Virus record (IMG/VR): IMGVR_UViG_3300049173_000143
Location: 1 to 32,038 of that record
Length of the DNA: 32,038 bases
Direction: 5' to 3' (one strand)
Origin: a virus
Lineage: Duplodnaviria > Caudoviricetes
The translations under genes were made by a program, and so were the position numbers. The notes beneath the pieces were generated by a model. It was not told the DNA's origin, made no database searches, and saw nothing but the letters and a program-made list of their open reading frames with translations. Positions 6,492-15,533 of this stretch are shown here, in pieces. Within the stretch, counting starts at the first letter, position 1, and each line of letters starts with the position of its first letter.

Positions 6492-7643
6492 ATGAGTGAA
6501 ATTCGAAAAGAGCCGTTTGCAATCCGTGCAGGCAAGGTGTTCAGCCCTACCGCGCCGATCGATGAGCGCAGCTTGTTCGCCGGCCGAGCGGATCAGTTGC
6601 GCTCGTTGCTCAAAGCAATTTCGCAAAAAGGTCAGCACGCTATCGTGTATGGCGAGCGCGGTGTCGGCAAGACGTCGCTGGTCAACGTACTGACGAAGTT
6701 TATGGATCAGGGCGTGATAGCGCCGCGGGTGAATTGCGATTCGACTGACAATTTCGACTTGGTGTGGAGAAAGCTGTTCGAGGAGATTGCCTTTGCTACC
6801 GGCGGTCGCACCACGCCGGACGTGCCGGCCTTGATTTCTCCGGAGGCGGTTCGCCGGATACTGACCGCGCTGAGCAGCCACAGCCTGGTGATCCCGATCA
6901 TCGACGAGTTTGATCGTCTGAACGCCGGTGTCAAACGCCAGGTTGCGGACACCGTCAAGACCCTGTCAGATCACGCGGTGGCTGCCACTGTGGTGCTCGT
7001 CGGCGTCGCGGACAGCGTGAACGAGCTGATTGAGGAGCACGAATCGGTCGAACGAGCTCTCATCCAGATTCCCATGCCGCGAATGTCAACCTCGGAGATC
7101 GAAGAGATCGTCCAGACCGGGGTGACCAAGCTAGACATGCAAATTGAGCCATACGCGCTCGAGCGCATCGCTAGCTTGGCCAGAGGCCTCCCAACTTACG
7201 CGCACCTGCTCGGTCTCAAGGCAGCCGAAATCGCGAACGATGACGATACGACCAACATCACGGGTGCCACTGCCGATAAGGCAATCACCCAGGCCTTGGA
7301 AGGCGCGCAGCAGTCGATCAGGCATTCGTGGCACACCGCTACGTCCAGTCCGCGGAAGGACAATCTGTTCTCCGAAGTTTTGGTGGCCTGCGCCTTGGCG
7401 CAAACCGATGAAATGGGATTTTTCGCTGCACAAGACGTGCGCGACCCGCTTAGAGAGATTTTGAAGCGGCCGATCGAAATCGCGAATTATTCGCAGCACC
7501 TAGCTGAGTTCTGCGATCCGAAGAAAGGGCCTGTCTTGCAGCGTCGCGGCACTGCTCGCAAGTACCGATTTCGGTTCTGCAATCCGCTCTTCCAGCCCTA
7601 CGTGGTGATGAAAGGGTACGCGCTGCACATGATCACTGATTGA
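6492..7643 (+). CDS. ORC1/Cdc6-like AAA+ ATPase with probable C-terminal winged helix (moron)
   Basis: LFAGRADQL, Walker A GERGVGKTS, Walker B IPIIDEFDRL, VVLVGVA, GLPTYAHLLG, C-terminal YRFRFCNPLF; oriented opposite to the flanking phage operons. Confidence 0.85.
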   Translation: MSEIRKEPFAIRAGKVFSPTAPIDERSLFAGRADQLRSLLKAISQKGQHAIVYGERGVGKTSLVNVLTKFMDQGVIAPRVNCDSTDNFDLVWRKLFEEIAFATGGRTTPDVPALISPEAVRRILTALSSHSLVIPIIDEFDRLNAGVKRQVADTVKTLSDHAVAATVVLVGVADSVNELIEEHESVERALIQIPMPRMSTSEIEEIVQTGVTKLDMQIEPYALERIASLARGLPTYAHLLGLKAAEIANDDDTTNITGATADKAITQALEGAQQSIRHSWHTATSSPRKDNLFSEVLVACALAQTDEMGFFAAQDVRDPLREILKRPIEIANYSQHLAEFCDPKKGPVLQRRGTARKYRFRFCNPLFQPYVVMKGYALHMITD

Positions 7644-7790
7644 GCGAGATAGCGCGGGCAAGGCCCGCTCTATCAAGGCGGCGCGTTGATGGTCGTGCCG
7701 CTCGTCCGAGATATTCCGAACGTGCTTGGGGAAGCGCGACGAGCATATCAGAGGCGACTCCTAATCACCATCGAGGAAGGAGAAACCCCT

Positions 7791-7934
7791 ATGTCAACCT
7801 CGACTACCAAAAAGGCCCCCCCGGGCTTTAAATGGGTGTGTTGCCGGTATCGCAGAGTCAAGAATTCACAAAGAATGCTTGATGCTCACGAGTACGGCTA
7901 TGAGGCTTGGTGCTTTTTAGTGCCGAGCCGCTGA
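7791..7934 (+). CDS. Small basic 47-aa protein
   Basis: AAGGAG SD upstream of ATG 7791; MSTSTTKKAPPGFKWVCCRYRRVKNSQRMLDAHEYGYEAWCFLVPSR; followed by a terminator. Confidence 0.75.
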   Translation: MSTSTTKKAPPGFKWVCCRYRRVKNSQRMLDAHEYGYEAWCFLVPSR

Positions 7935-7949
7935 CGTCCCGTCAGCACT

Positions 7950-7980
7950 GAGAGGGCGGCAAATGCCGCCCTCTCTTTTC
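7950..7980 (+). terminator. Intrinsic terminator
   Basis: GAGAGGGCGGC-AAAT-GCCGCCCTCTC followed by TTTT. Confidence 0.8.
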
Positions 7981-8156
7981 GTCCGCGGCTACGTAATGGA
8001 ACGCCATTTTCCGAGTGTCCACGCTTGGGGCGAGCTCACAGAATTCAACCGAGGAATTGCCCTCTACGAGCGCTGAACCCATCCCCCGAGAATTCCTTCC
8101 CCGCGACTTTGCGGCATCACCCTTGGCGCCGCAGACCGGCAGAAAGCGAATAGAGA

Positions 8157-8636
8157 ATGAGCGATGAGAACGACGATATGAAGGCGGCATTCGCCAAGCT
8201 GAGCGCTGCTCACGCACAGAGCAAGGCCGCACAGGCGGAGGCAGAGATCGCTGCAGCCCAGCGGGAAAATGAAGCGCAGCAGGCCCATCGCAACGCCATC
8301 GTGGCGGTCAACACCATTGCCACGGAGGTGTTCGACAAGTTCAGGGACTACCTAGAAAAGGAACTGAAGGTGCCCGCCAAGGTCGAGCGGACCACCGTTG
8401 GTCTGGCCCAGACCATCATCCTGCGCTGGGGACCGATGATGATGATTGGTGGGGGCGTCCCCACGCCAGCGCACATGTTCGCCATCGTCGTGGATCGACC
8501 GTGGACAACTTTTCGTGCGAAGTCCCAACTTAAGGGCCGGCGACTCAAGGAAACTAACGCTTCCGCGACGTTGACTGCGGAGTGGGTCACTGCTGCCCTC
8601 ACGGACGCGATTGAAGAGAGCATCAAGGGCGAATAG
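8157..8636 (+). CDS. Hypothetical moron protein (159 aa, N-terminal coiled coil)
   Basis: Protein-like ORF with GC-rich third positions, convergent with the end of the - strand early operon. Confidence 0.75.
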   Translation: MSDENDDMKAAFAKLSAAHAQSKAAQAEAEIAAAQRENEAQQAHRNAIVAVNTIATEVFDKFRDYLEKELKVPAKVERTTVGLAQTIILRWGPMMMIGGGVPTPAHMFAIVVDRPWTTFRAKSQLKGRRLKETNASATLTAEWVTAALTDAIEESIKGE

Positions 8637-8644
8637 CCGCGCAC

Positions 8645-9139
8645 CTACCTCGTGCCCGCTGACTTGCCGTCATATTGCGGAAGAGCCGCCGGCCACAGGC
8701 CTGCGGCGTTGATCCTGGCGCGCGCCCCTGCTGCGTAGCGATCTTCCAGCGCGCGCCGCTCTTCCCGTGTGAAAGTCCCCGTGCTGCCGATCAGGTAGTG
8801 ACAGCCTGGGGAGGCTCCGTGCGGTCCGCATCCTGGCCAGCCCCGCCGGCAGTCGGTCTTGATTCCGATGCCCTTCCCCTCGTCCGAATGGCAGAACTGG
8901 GTATAGCCCTCGATGCCGCAGTGCGCGCACGGCAGCTGGCGCACCAGCCGCTTGTAGCCTTCGTGCTCGATCACGCCCTCCTTCGGCTGCGCGAACACCG
9001 GCTCGTTCGACGGAGCGGCATATCTCACCGGCCGCTCGAGCGGCTTGGCCACCGGCTTCACGCGCTTGACCGGCGTGCCGAGCACGGGCTGCGCGCTACG
9101 CGGCCAGGGCGAGCGCTTCATGGGTGCGCTACGCTTCAT
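8645..9139 (-). CDS. Zn-binding HNH-like (DUF1364/DUF968-like) nin-region protein
   Basis: YKRLVRQLPCAHCG...QFCH...KGIGIKTD...PGC...GCHYLIG pattern. Confidence 0.7.
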   Translation of the reverse strand: MKRSAPMKRSPWPRSAQPVLGTPVKRVKPVAKPLERPVRYAAPSNEPVFAQPKEGVIEHEGYKRLVRQLPCAHCGIEGYTQFCHSDEGKGIGIKTDCRRGWPGCGPHGASPGCHYLIGSTGTFTREERRALEDRYAAGARARINAAGLWPAALPQYDGKSAGTR

Positions 9140-9438
9140 AAACCGAAGTCCAACACCAGCGAAGGCTCTATCAGGCCGGGCATGTCGTCGATCCAGACGT
9201 GCACGGCATAGCCAGCGTTGGCCGCCGCATGCTTCTTATAGGGTTGGCCGCCCGTGCACACGATGGGCACGCTGTCGGGCATGCGCGGCTCGCGGCCGAA
9301 GTCGGGCGGAATACGGCGAGCAGTGACGCACACGACGGCATGGCCGCGCGCCTGAGCCGTCGCGATGAACTGGCGCCACAGGTCGGGGTCTGCGGTGAAG
9401 GTGTCGTCGTAGTCCAGACCGAAGAGGATGCTTTTCAT
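9136..9438 (-). CDS. Minimal capless HAD-superfamily phosphatase (100 aa)
   Basis: Motif I LDYDDT, motif II VTAR, Lys (YKK), motif IV WIDD. Confidence 0.8.
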   Translation of the reverse strand: MKSILFGLDYDDTFTADPDLWRQFIATAQARGHAVVCVTARRIPPDFGREPRMPDSVPIVCTGGQPYKKHAAANAGYAVHVWIDDMPGLIEPSLVLDFGL

Positions 9439-10028
9439 GAAAGAGCCTTGTTGGGAGCCGCCGGCCACCAGCCGATCGCGTCGCTCTCGTCGATTGCGAA
9501 CTTCCCGTGATAGATCACGATGGCATCAACGCCGTCGGCAATGACGTGCGTGGCGCGGCATGCGTGTCGGATCAGGCCGGCCTTGGTGTGCACGGCGAAG
9601 CGTTGGCCAGGCCTCGGCCGCTTGTGCATGGGGTGAAGCATTGGGGCGGCTCCTGATGGGGCCGGAGTGGTGATGGCATCGGCATGTTGCGCAGGCTGGC
9701 GCGTGGAACGGCGACGCTGCGGCGCTGGGAGCCCCGGAGGCGGCGGGGCCACGTTCGGCCCCGGCGCATCTGCCGGGCGCTCGACCCAATCGGGACAGTC
9801 GATGCGATAGAAGCCCCATTCCTCGCCGTCCGGGTAGTCCACGGGCATGCGGAAGTCCATGCGGTGGAGCTTTGCGCAGTTGGGCGCCGTGTCGCACTCG
9901 CCATCGCTGAAACGCCAATGCGCGCAGCCGTCGCAGAACTGTTTGATCTTGCGCCCCATCTCCTCTTCGTCGGCGCGCCGCTTGATTTCGGCCAGCAGCT
10001 GGTCTGTGGTGTATGCGGCCAGCGTCAT
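9435..10028 (-). CDS. Hypothetical protein with Cys-rich N-domain, Pro-rich linker and C-domain
   Basis: ATGA overlaps at both ends; CDGC...C...C. Confidence 0.7.
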   Translation of the reverse strand: MTLAAYTTDQLLAEIKRRADEEEMGRKIKQFCDGCAHWRFSDGECDTAPNCAKLHRMDFRMPVDYPDGEEWGFYRIDCPDWVERPADAPGPNVAPPPPGLPAPQRRRSTRQPAQHADAITTPAPSGAAPMLHPMHKRPRPGQRFAVHTKAGLIRHACRATHVIADGVDAIVIYHGKFAIDESDAIGWWPAAPNKALS

Positions 10029-10546
10029 TCGCCAAAGCTCGACAGCACGAACTCGAGCATCTCGATGCGCTTCTCGGGCGAGAGGTGCTTCCAAAGGGTC
10101 TTGCCCGCGTGCTCGGTGCGAAGGAAGTTCACGGCGTCGGCGTGGAATTGCTCCATGTCGCCCTGCTCCAGTGCGGAGTAGCTGATCGACTTCGGCACCG
10201 GAATCACTCCGCCCTTCGGCCCAGGAAACCAGTCGACGAACCCGGCGCCGACCTTCAGCCAGGTCCTGAAGCTCTCAAAGTCCTCGAAGCGATCCTGCGC
10301 TTCGAAGAGCGACTGCTCCATCTTCATGTGCTTACGGTGATACCAGCCGACGCGCTGCTGCAGCGTGCGGATCTCCATCATCTCGCCTGGCTCGAGCTTC
10401 ACTAGGCGATTCCACAGGCGGCGCCATTGGCGGCGGCCGCGCTCGCCCAGCCCGTCGACCACGCCGAAGAAGACGCGGCGTGCGGCCTCGCGATCGACCT
10501 CGGACAGTTCGGTGTCTTGCTGGCGCACCAGCATGATGTCAGCCAT
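10025..10546 (-). CDS. DUF1367-family phage protein
   Basis: YHRKHM...FESFRTWLKVGAGFVDW...VPKSISYSALEQGDMEQF pattern. Confidence 0.75.
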   Translation of the reverse strand: MADIMLVRQQDTELSEVDREAARRVFFGVVDGLGERGRRQWRRLWNRLVKLEPGEMMEIRTLQQRVGWYHRKHMKMEQSLFEAQDRFEDFESFRTWLKVGAGFVDWFPGPKGGVIPVPKSISYSALEQGDMEQFHADAVNFLRTEHAGKTLWKHLSPEKRIEMLEFVLSSFGE

Positions 10547-10970
10547 TCGTTGCTCTCCGATAGGGCCACGCCACCATCGCGGCGTCGCGCTCGTGTTGGT
10601 TGCTGCGAGCGGTCCAGCCGGTCGCATGGGTGAATGCCGCGGCATCCAGCTTGGCGCCCTTGGCGGTCGGGCTGATGCCGTGCGCGGGAATGCCGAGGTC
10701 AGCGCAGATCGCCGTGATGAGACTGCACCACGCGTCGATCTGGCCCACGTTGCGCGCGATCTTCAGTGCGGCCGCGCGGCTGCCCGCGGTGGTCCATACC
10801 TTGGATTCGAAGCGGCTGTCCTCGAACACCACGCGCGCCGGCATATAGCTGCGCAGCATGTGTTCGATGGAATGCGGTTCCACCGTGCGCAGGAACTGCA
10901 GCGTGCCCCCGCTGAAGCCCGCTAGTCCAGTGTCGGCGCCGGGGTCGATGCCCAGAATGCCGACTGTCAT
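10539..10970 (-). CDS. RuvC-like Holliday junction resolvase
   Basis: ILGIDPGADTG, VVFED and NQHERDAAM acidic motifs. Confidence 0.8.
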   Translation of the reverse strand: MTVGILGIDPGADTGLAGFSGGTLQFLRTVEPHSIEHMLRSYMPARVVFEDSRFESKVWTTAGSRAAALKIARNVGQIDAWCSLITAICADLGIPAHGISPTAKGAKLDAAAFTHATGWTARSNQHERDAAMVAWPYRRATNG

Positions 10971-11230
10971 AGGAGCGTCTCCTGCGGCGAGTTGCACAGC
11001 GCTTGGAGCCGCGCTGCCGCGGTCTTCACTGCCTCATGGCCAGTTTTCCAGTCGTCGCCCCAGATGGTGCGCAGCGCAGCCGTGTATTCAGGCCGCAGCG
11101 TGCCGTCCTTGCGCGAGCGCCAGAACTCAGGACCGTTAGCGATGCCGCGCGCCATGCATTCCTTGCAGTTCGCCGTGTAGCCGGGCCAGTCGGCGCGCGT
11201 CGCGGCTCGATCGCAGTTCGGACAGGTCAT
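10967..11230 (-). CDS. Hypothetical Zn-finger protein (87 aa)
   Basis: CPNC...CKEC; ATGA coupling on both sides. Confidence 0.7.
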   Translation of the reverse strand: MTCPNCDRAATRADWPGYTANCKECMARGIANGPEFWRSRKDGTLRPEYTAALRTIWGDDWKTGHEAVKTAAARLQALCNSPQETLL

Positions 11231-11958
11231 GCGCACCGCCTTCCCGAGTCGTTCGCTGCCTCCAGGCCGGAGAACGGCGTGGCCCGGTAGTTGCGCCAAC
11301 GGTCGCCGGCGCGCACCGCTTGCACGGTGGCCTGGCTCACGTCCAGTTCGCGCGCAATACTCCGGCCGCTCTGCTCGCTGACAAGGATCTTCGATACCTT
11401 CGTTTCGTCCAACTTTGCAGTCCGGCGCTTCGCGAGCGCGATCGCGCGCCGATGCGCCAGCGTCTTAGGCTTGCCCTGCAACTTGGCGCCGCGGCCCACC
11501 AGTTCCATGTGCTCGAAGCGCACGCACGTCTCCGCGTTCTCGCAGGTCATGGCCACCGTGCGGGAGAAGTCGAGGCTCTTGCGACGGATGCCCCACACCC
11601 GCCTGCGGACCGATCGCTCGGTCCCGGCCCACGCGGCGTACATGACGGGCCCGCGCTGAGGGTCGATGTGGTCGGCCCAGAGCAGACAACCGTCAACCGC
11701 GCGGCAACGGTCGTAGATTTCCTGCAGCTGCTGCTCCTTCGTCGGCTCCCAGCCCGCCACGGCCAGGAGGCGCCGCCCGCCTAGGCGAACGAACTTCACA
11801 GCGCCGCTGGCCAGAAGACCTTCGACGATCGGGCGGAGACGCCGGCGCACCGCCGAGTCGCGGGAACCAGCCAGGTCATCCCAGCACAACGGCTGCCGGC
11901 GGATGCGTTCGAATACCGCATCGGTTTCGAACGAAATGGGTGTGCGGCGCTTGCTCAT
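11227..11958 (-). CDS. Degenerate HNH-like domain plus C-terminal HTH
   Basis: GCLLW...VAMTCENAETCVRFEHM (Met at the usual His position) followed by SGRSIARELDVSQATVQAVRAGDRW. Confidence 0.7.
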   Translation of the reverse strand: MSKRRTPISFETDAVFERIRRQPLCWDDLAGSRDSAVRRRLRPIVEGLLASGAVKFVRLGGRRLLAVAGWEPTKEQQLQEIYDRCRAVDGCLLWADHIDPQRGPVMYAAWAGTERSVRRRVWGIRRKSLDFSRTVAMTCENAETCVRFEHMELVGRGAKLQGKPKTLAHRRAIALAKRRTAKLDETKVSKILVSEQSGRSIARELDVSQATVQAVRAGDRWRNYRATPFSGLEAANDSGRRCA

Positions 11959-12167
11959 GCTTGCTCCGGCTCCGAAGGAACGAAGAGCTCGTCGTTCATC
12001 GCTGCCGCGCCCGCGAAGTACTCGGCGCACACCGCCAGGCGCGAGCGGTGCGCATCGCGCACGGCCTTGCCAGTTTCCGACAGGTCGACGGCGCGCGAAG
12101 CGTTGTTAAGGTGGTGCACAGCTGCCTGCGCGTCGACCGCGACAGCGGCAATTTGAGAGAGGTTCAT
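11955..12167 (-). CDS. Hypothetical protein (70 aa)
   Basis: ATGA-coupled within the operon. Confidence 0.65.
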   Translation of the reverse strand: MNLSQIAAVAVDAQAAVHHLNNASRAVDLSETGKAVRDAHRSRLAVCAEYFAGAAAMNDELFVPSEPEQA

Positions 12168-12730
12168 GCTTTTGCTCCCATGGGAAACATCCGGTCCAGC
12201 CGCACGAGTGCGGCCACTTCATCGCCGCCCGCGGTGCGCACGGCATCGGCAATGGCTTGCTTCAAAGCGTCCAAGCCGACAGCCGGCCGACCGACTTGCT
12301 CTGCACCCGTCCGCCGCGCGGCCAGCGCGGCCATTTCTGCCCGGGCCCGAGCGGCGTATGCGCTGCGTTTCTCTGCAGGCATGTCGTAGCCGACCGCCCG
12401 GTACACCTCCCGCGGCCGCACGGCGTTGCACAAGGCGACGAACTGCGGCAGCGTTGGCGGAAATTCCGGATGGCGGTCCTTGCAGACCTCCAGCGCGTGG
12501 GCAACGGTCTTCGCATCGAAGCTGCGCAGGCCGTGCGACCACACGCGGCGGGCGTTGGCGACGCCTTGGTCGCGGCCCTGCGCGTCGACCATGCCCGTGC
12601 TGAATTTCGACAGAAACAGGCCACCGTAGTAGCCGTGCAGCACCATGAACACGCGCTTGACATCGTCTTCGTCCGGCCCCGGCTGCTCGGCGCGGAACTG
12701 GTCTTCAGTGACGGCGAATTGCTTGAGCAT
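12164..12730 (-). CDS. Replication protein P-like helicase loader
   Basis: Follows the initiator; VWSHGLRSF...FPPTLPQFVALC motif. Confidence 0.7.
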   Translation of the reverse strand: MLKQFAVTEDQFRAEQPGPDEDDVKRVFMVLHGYYGGLFLSKFSTGMVDAQGRDQGVANARRVWSHGLRSFDAKTVAHALEVCKDRHPEFPPTLPQFVALCNAVRPREVYRAVGYDMPAEKRSAYAARARAEMAALAARRTGAEQVGRPAVGLDALKQAIADAVRTAGGDEVAALVRLDRMFPMGAKA

Positions 12731-13616
12731 CGATGACCTCCGGATCTTTTGAACTGCCAAAAATGTCCGCGGCGGCCGCGGTGAACTTGGTGGCGCGCAC
12801 GCCCTGCTGACGCTGGCCAGGCGGATCGGCGCCGCGGCTGAGCCACGAGCTTTTGAAGCCGCCCCAGCCGTTGACCGTGGCCTGTCGCACGGCCTCGCCG
12901 ACGCTCAGCCCTGCCTGTGTGGCTTGGTTCTGCACGTCGCTCCAGGCGGTCGGGGTGAGCGGCAGGTTTTTCTTCGCCCGCACGGTCAGCCAGTCCTCGG
13001 CGTGCTGCTGCTTCACGCCTGCTGCAACGAGGTCTTCCACGGTGACAAGCTGCGCCGGAGGCGCGGCGCCGCGGCGCTTGCGGGGCGGGTTCGGCGCAGC
13101 CGTGCCGGTATCTGTTCCGTCAGGAACAGATGTATTACTGGTACTGGTTCTGGTTCTGGTGTCGGATTCACGGGGGAGTCCCGGCTCAGTCCCGCCGCTG
13201 TCCCGCGGGACATCAGGGGAATTCCCTCCGACCTCACCATCGGGTTTCGCACGGTTGCGAGCCTTCCGGTCGGCCTCGCTGCGCCGCTTCGTGATCATTT
13301 CGAGCACGCGGAGCACCAGCGTGTCGTGATACAGCCGGCCATCCTCTGCCAGCCACCAGCCGCGCATCAGCTTCGCGCGCACCTTCATGAAAGTCTCGAG
13401 CGGCATGCCGATTCGGACTGCGATCAGCTCGTCGTCGTTGGGCAGCGACCCGCATGGCTCTTGACGCCAAGCCATCATCCAGAGCATCAGCAGCCACGGA
13501 CGCAGCTCGGCAGGTGCCAGCGCCCAGGTGTCGGAGCGCTCGATGCGCTCGTGATCGAGTTCGAAGCGCCAGCCCTTGGCTTGCACATCGGGCGGGTATG
13601 GTCTTGGCCGCGTCAT
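12705..13616 (-). CDS. Replication initiator (YdaU/DUF1376-like, O position)
   Basis: LLMLWMMAWRQEPCGSLPNDDELIA...DGRLYH N-domain, repetitive linker, and WLTVRAKKNLPLT...NGWGGF C-domain. Confidence 0.8.
   Translation of the reverse strand: MTRPRPYPPDVQAKGWRFELDHERIERSDTWALAPAELRPWLLMLWMMAWRQEPCGSLPNDDELIAVRIGMPLETFMKVRAKLMRGWWLAEDGRLYHDTLVLRVLEMITKRRSEADRKARNRAKPDGEVGGNSPDVPRDSGGTEPGLPRESDTRTRTSTSNTSVPDGTDTGTAAPNPPRKRRGAAPPAQLVTVEDLVAAGVKQQHAEDWLTVRAKKNLPLTPTAWSDVQNQATQAGLSVGEAVRQATVNGWGGFKSSWLSRGADPPGQRQQGVRATKFTAAAADIFGSSKDPEVIDAQAIRRH
13136..13212. repeat. Iteron-like repeats, candidate replication origin inside the initiator gene
   Basis: On the - strand, CGGGAC x3 at 11-bp period plus the palindrome TGTCCCGCGGGACA, followed by ACCAG(A/T) x4. 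Confidence 0.55.
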
Positions 13617-14392
13617 GCTGCGTACTCCATTTCCGCCGACTCGCAGAAGAAGCTGCACGAGGGAAGCGACTCGTTGCGGCGCGGCTCGCCTGCAGGGAGG
13701 TTGCGCAGCGAAAACCGCTCGCCCTTCATGGGCCCCGACCGGTAGCGTAAAAACCAGGAGCCTGGGCCTATCTCGTCCTGCAGCAGGCACATGGCCTCGA
13801 AATACTCTGGGAAGTCGTCGCGGATGGCGCGCCAGTAGCCTTCACCACCCTTCACGCAACCGATGCAGTTCGCGTTGTCGTAGCCCAGCATGTACATCGC
13901 CGGCAGCGCGATGCCCGCGCGTTGCACCATGGCTTTGCAATCGGCCTTGCTCAGACCCGCCTCGATTAAGGGGGCCACAACGGGGCGATCCGGGTTCCGT
14001 TCGCGGAAGTCGTCGAGGCGGTCTTCTTCTTCGATCGTGTAACCGAAGACCATGATGTCGCCGGGTTGCTTCCAGGCATCCAGCACCTTCCGTTTGAGCT
14101 CGCGAGAGCACGGCGCGCCCAGGCGGCCTTTTATGTACTGCTTGGTCTTGAATACTTGCACTACGCTCGCGCCGTACTTCTCATCGCGCAAAGTGGTGAT
14201 CGAGCGCGCGAACCAGCGTTCGCAGTCCAGCGCGAACCGACGGTTGTCGCTGTGCTCCTCCTTGAGGAAGGCATTGACGATTTGCACATCACGCGACGTG
14301 GCGTACTGGGCGATGGCCAGCTTCGTTGCGACCGCCGATGCGGCACCGCACGAAAACTGGCAAACGATGCGCCCCGGTTGCATATTCAGCAC
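13613..14392 (-). CDS. PAPS-reductase-like (PP-loop) protein with Cys cluster
   Basis: QFSCGAASAVA PP-loop variant, PCSRELK, GYDNANCIGCVKGG, CSFFC. Start is GTG 14392 or ATG 14383. Confidence 0.8.
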   Translation of the reverse strand: MLNMQPGRIVCQFSCGAASAVATKLAIAQYATSRDVQIVNAFLKEEHSDNRRFALDCERWFARSITTLRDEKYGASVVQVFKTKQYIKGRLGAPCSRELKRKVLDAWKQPGDIMVFGYTIEEEDRLDDFRERNPDRPVVAPLIEAGLSKADCKAMVQRAGIALPAMYMLGYDNANCIGCVKGGEGYWRAIRDDFPEYFEAMCLLQDEIGPGSWFLRYRSGPMKGERFSLRNLPAGEPRRNESLPSCSFFCESAEMEYAA

Positions 14393-14691
14393 GGGCGTGT
14401 CTCCGGGAAAAGTGGGGCCTGATCGGGCTGCGGCATGCGCAGCAGCTTCTGGCGCTTGTTGGTCTTGGGGTCGATGCGGAAGCCGCGCTCCTCGAGCCGG
14501 CCGGCAGCCAACAAGGAATCGACGCGGCCGCACACACAGTTGATGGGCATGCGCGCCTTCTGGCTGATCTGCTGGCGGCTCAGGGAGACGCCGGGCCGGA
14601 ACAGGCGCATGACTTGCGCCTCCTTCGGCGACAGGTAGAGCGCAGGCGAGAGCGAGCGGTAGGCTTCGGCGGAGGTTTCGGCGACGCTCAT
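14386..14691 (-). CDS. Winged-helix DNA-binding protein (101 aa)
   Basis: LSRQQISQKARMPINCVCGRVDSLLAAGRLEERG. Confidence 0.75.
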   Translation of the reverse strand: MSVAETSAEAYRSLSPALYLSPKEAQVMRLFRPGVSLSRQQISQKARMPINCVCGRVDSLLAAGRLEERGFRIDPKTNKRQKLLRMPQPDQAPLFPETRPC

Positions 14692-15533
14692 TGCTCGGCC
14701 ACCTTTCCCTGCAGCTCGCGCAGCACTTCCAGCGCCCGCTCGACGCTGTGGACCGCGCCCGGCAGGCCCTGCCACGAAGACATCGGGTCGGCCTTCAGTG
14801 CGAACTTGATCGCTTGCACCTGCGACTCAGTGGCCTGCCATCCGAGCACGTCGATGCCGGTTCCAGCCTTGAGCTTGGCCAGCTTGTCCAATAGCGCCTG
14901 GTGCTCGTCACCGCGCGTCCGCATCTTCTTGGCAACGCGCTCTTCGACAATCTTGTCCACGTTGGCCAGCGCGGCGCTGGTGGCTCGGTTGACCATGCCT
15001 TCGACATCCCGCACAGGCTTGCGCAACAGCGCGCCCAGGAATGTCTTGGTCACTGGCTTGGGATCAAGCTTCGGCGCGGGCTTCAAGACTCGGCACTTCG
15101 TGCCGTTAAATTCCATGAATCCCCAATTCGAGGGGATCTCGTCCAGCTTGGCCACGCCGGGCGCCGCGAGGAGCCACCAACGGTCCATGTACTGCATCAC
15201 AGGCCAGGCCTTCTCCGGCTGCTTGAGCTCGCGCAACCAGTCGGAACGGGCGGTCTTCACCTCGTAGCCGTTGAAGTCCATGCCGCGCGACGGCCAGAGG
15301 TTCAGCACTACGATGTCGGCGGAGCGCGACGCGTTCGAGCCGGTGCCATTGGCCACTTCGAACAAGCATGCGTAGCCATTGGCTTCGCTGTAGGTGGCAG
15401 CCATGTAGGCGTTCACCATGGGCGTGGTCACCTTGTCGGCCGGTACCGGGCTCGGCGCCGCGGGGGCCGGCACGCCGGCATCGTTCGCGGCCAAGGCCTC
15501 TTCGATCTGTGTATCGATCTGCAGCTGATTCAC
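14688..15533 (-). CDS. MmcB-like PD-(D/E)xK nuclease-fold protein
   Basis: FEV...RSADIVVLNLWPSRG...GYEVKTARSDWLRELKQPEK...WWL...WG. Confidence 0.8.
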   Translation of the reverse strand: MNQLQIDTQIEEALAANDAGVPAPAAPSPVPADKVTTPMVNAYMAATYSEANGYACLFEVANGTGSNASRSADIVVLNLWPSRGMDFNGYEVKTARSDWLRELKQPEKAWPVMQYMDRWWLLAAPGVAKLDEIPSNWGFMEFNGTKCRVLKPAPKLDPKPVTKTFLGALLRKPVRDVEGMVNRATSAALANVDKIVEERVAKKMRTRGDEHQALLDKLAKLKAGTGIDVLGWQATESQVQAIKFALKADPMSSWQGLPGAVHSVERALEVLRELQGKVAEQ

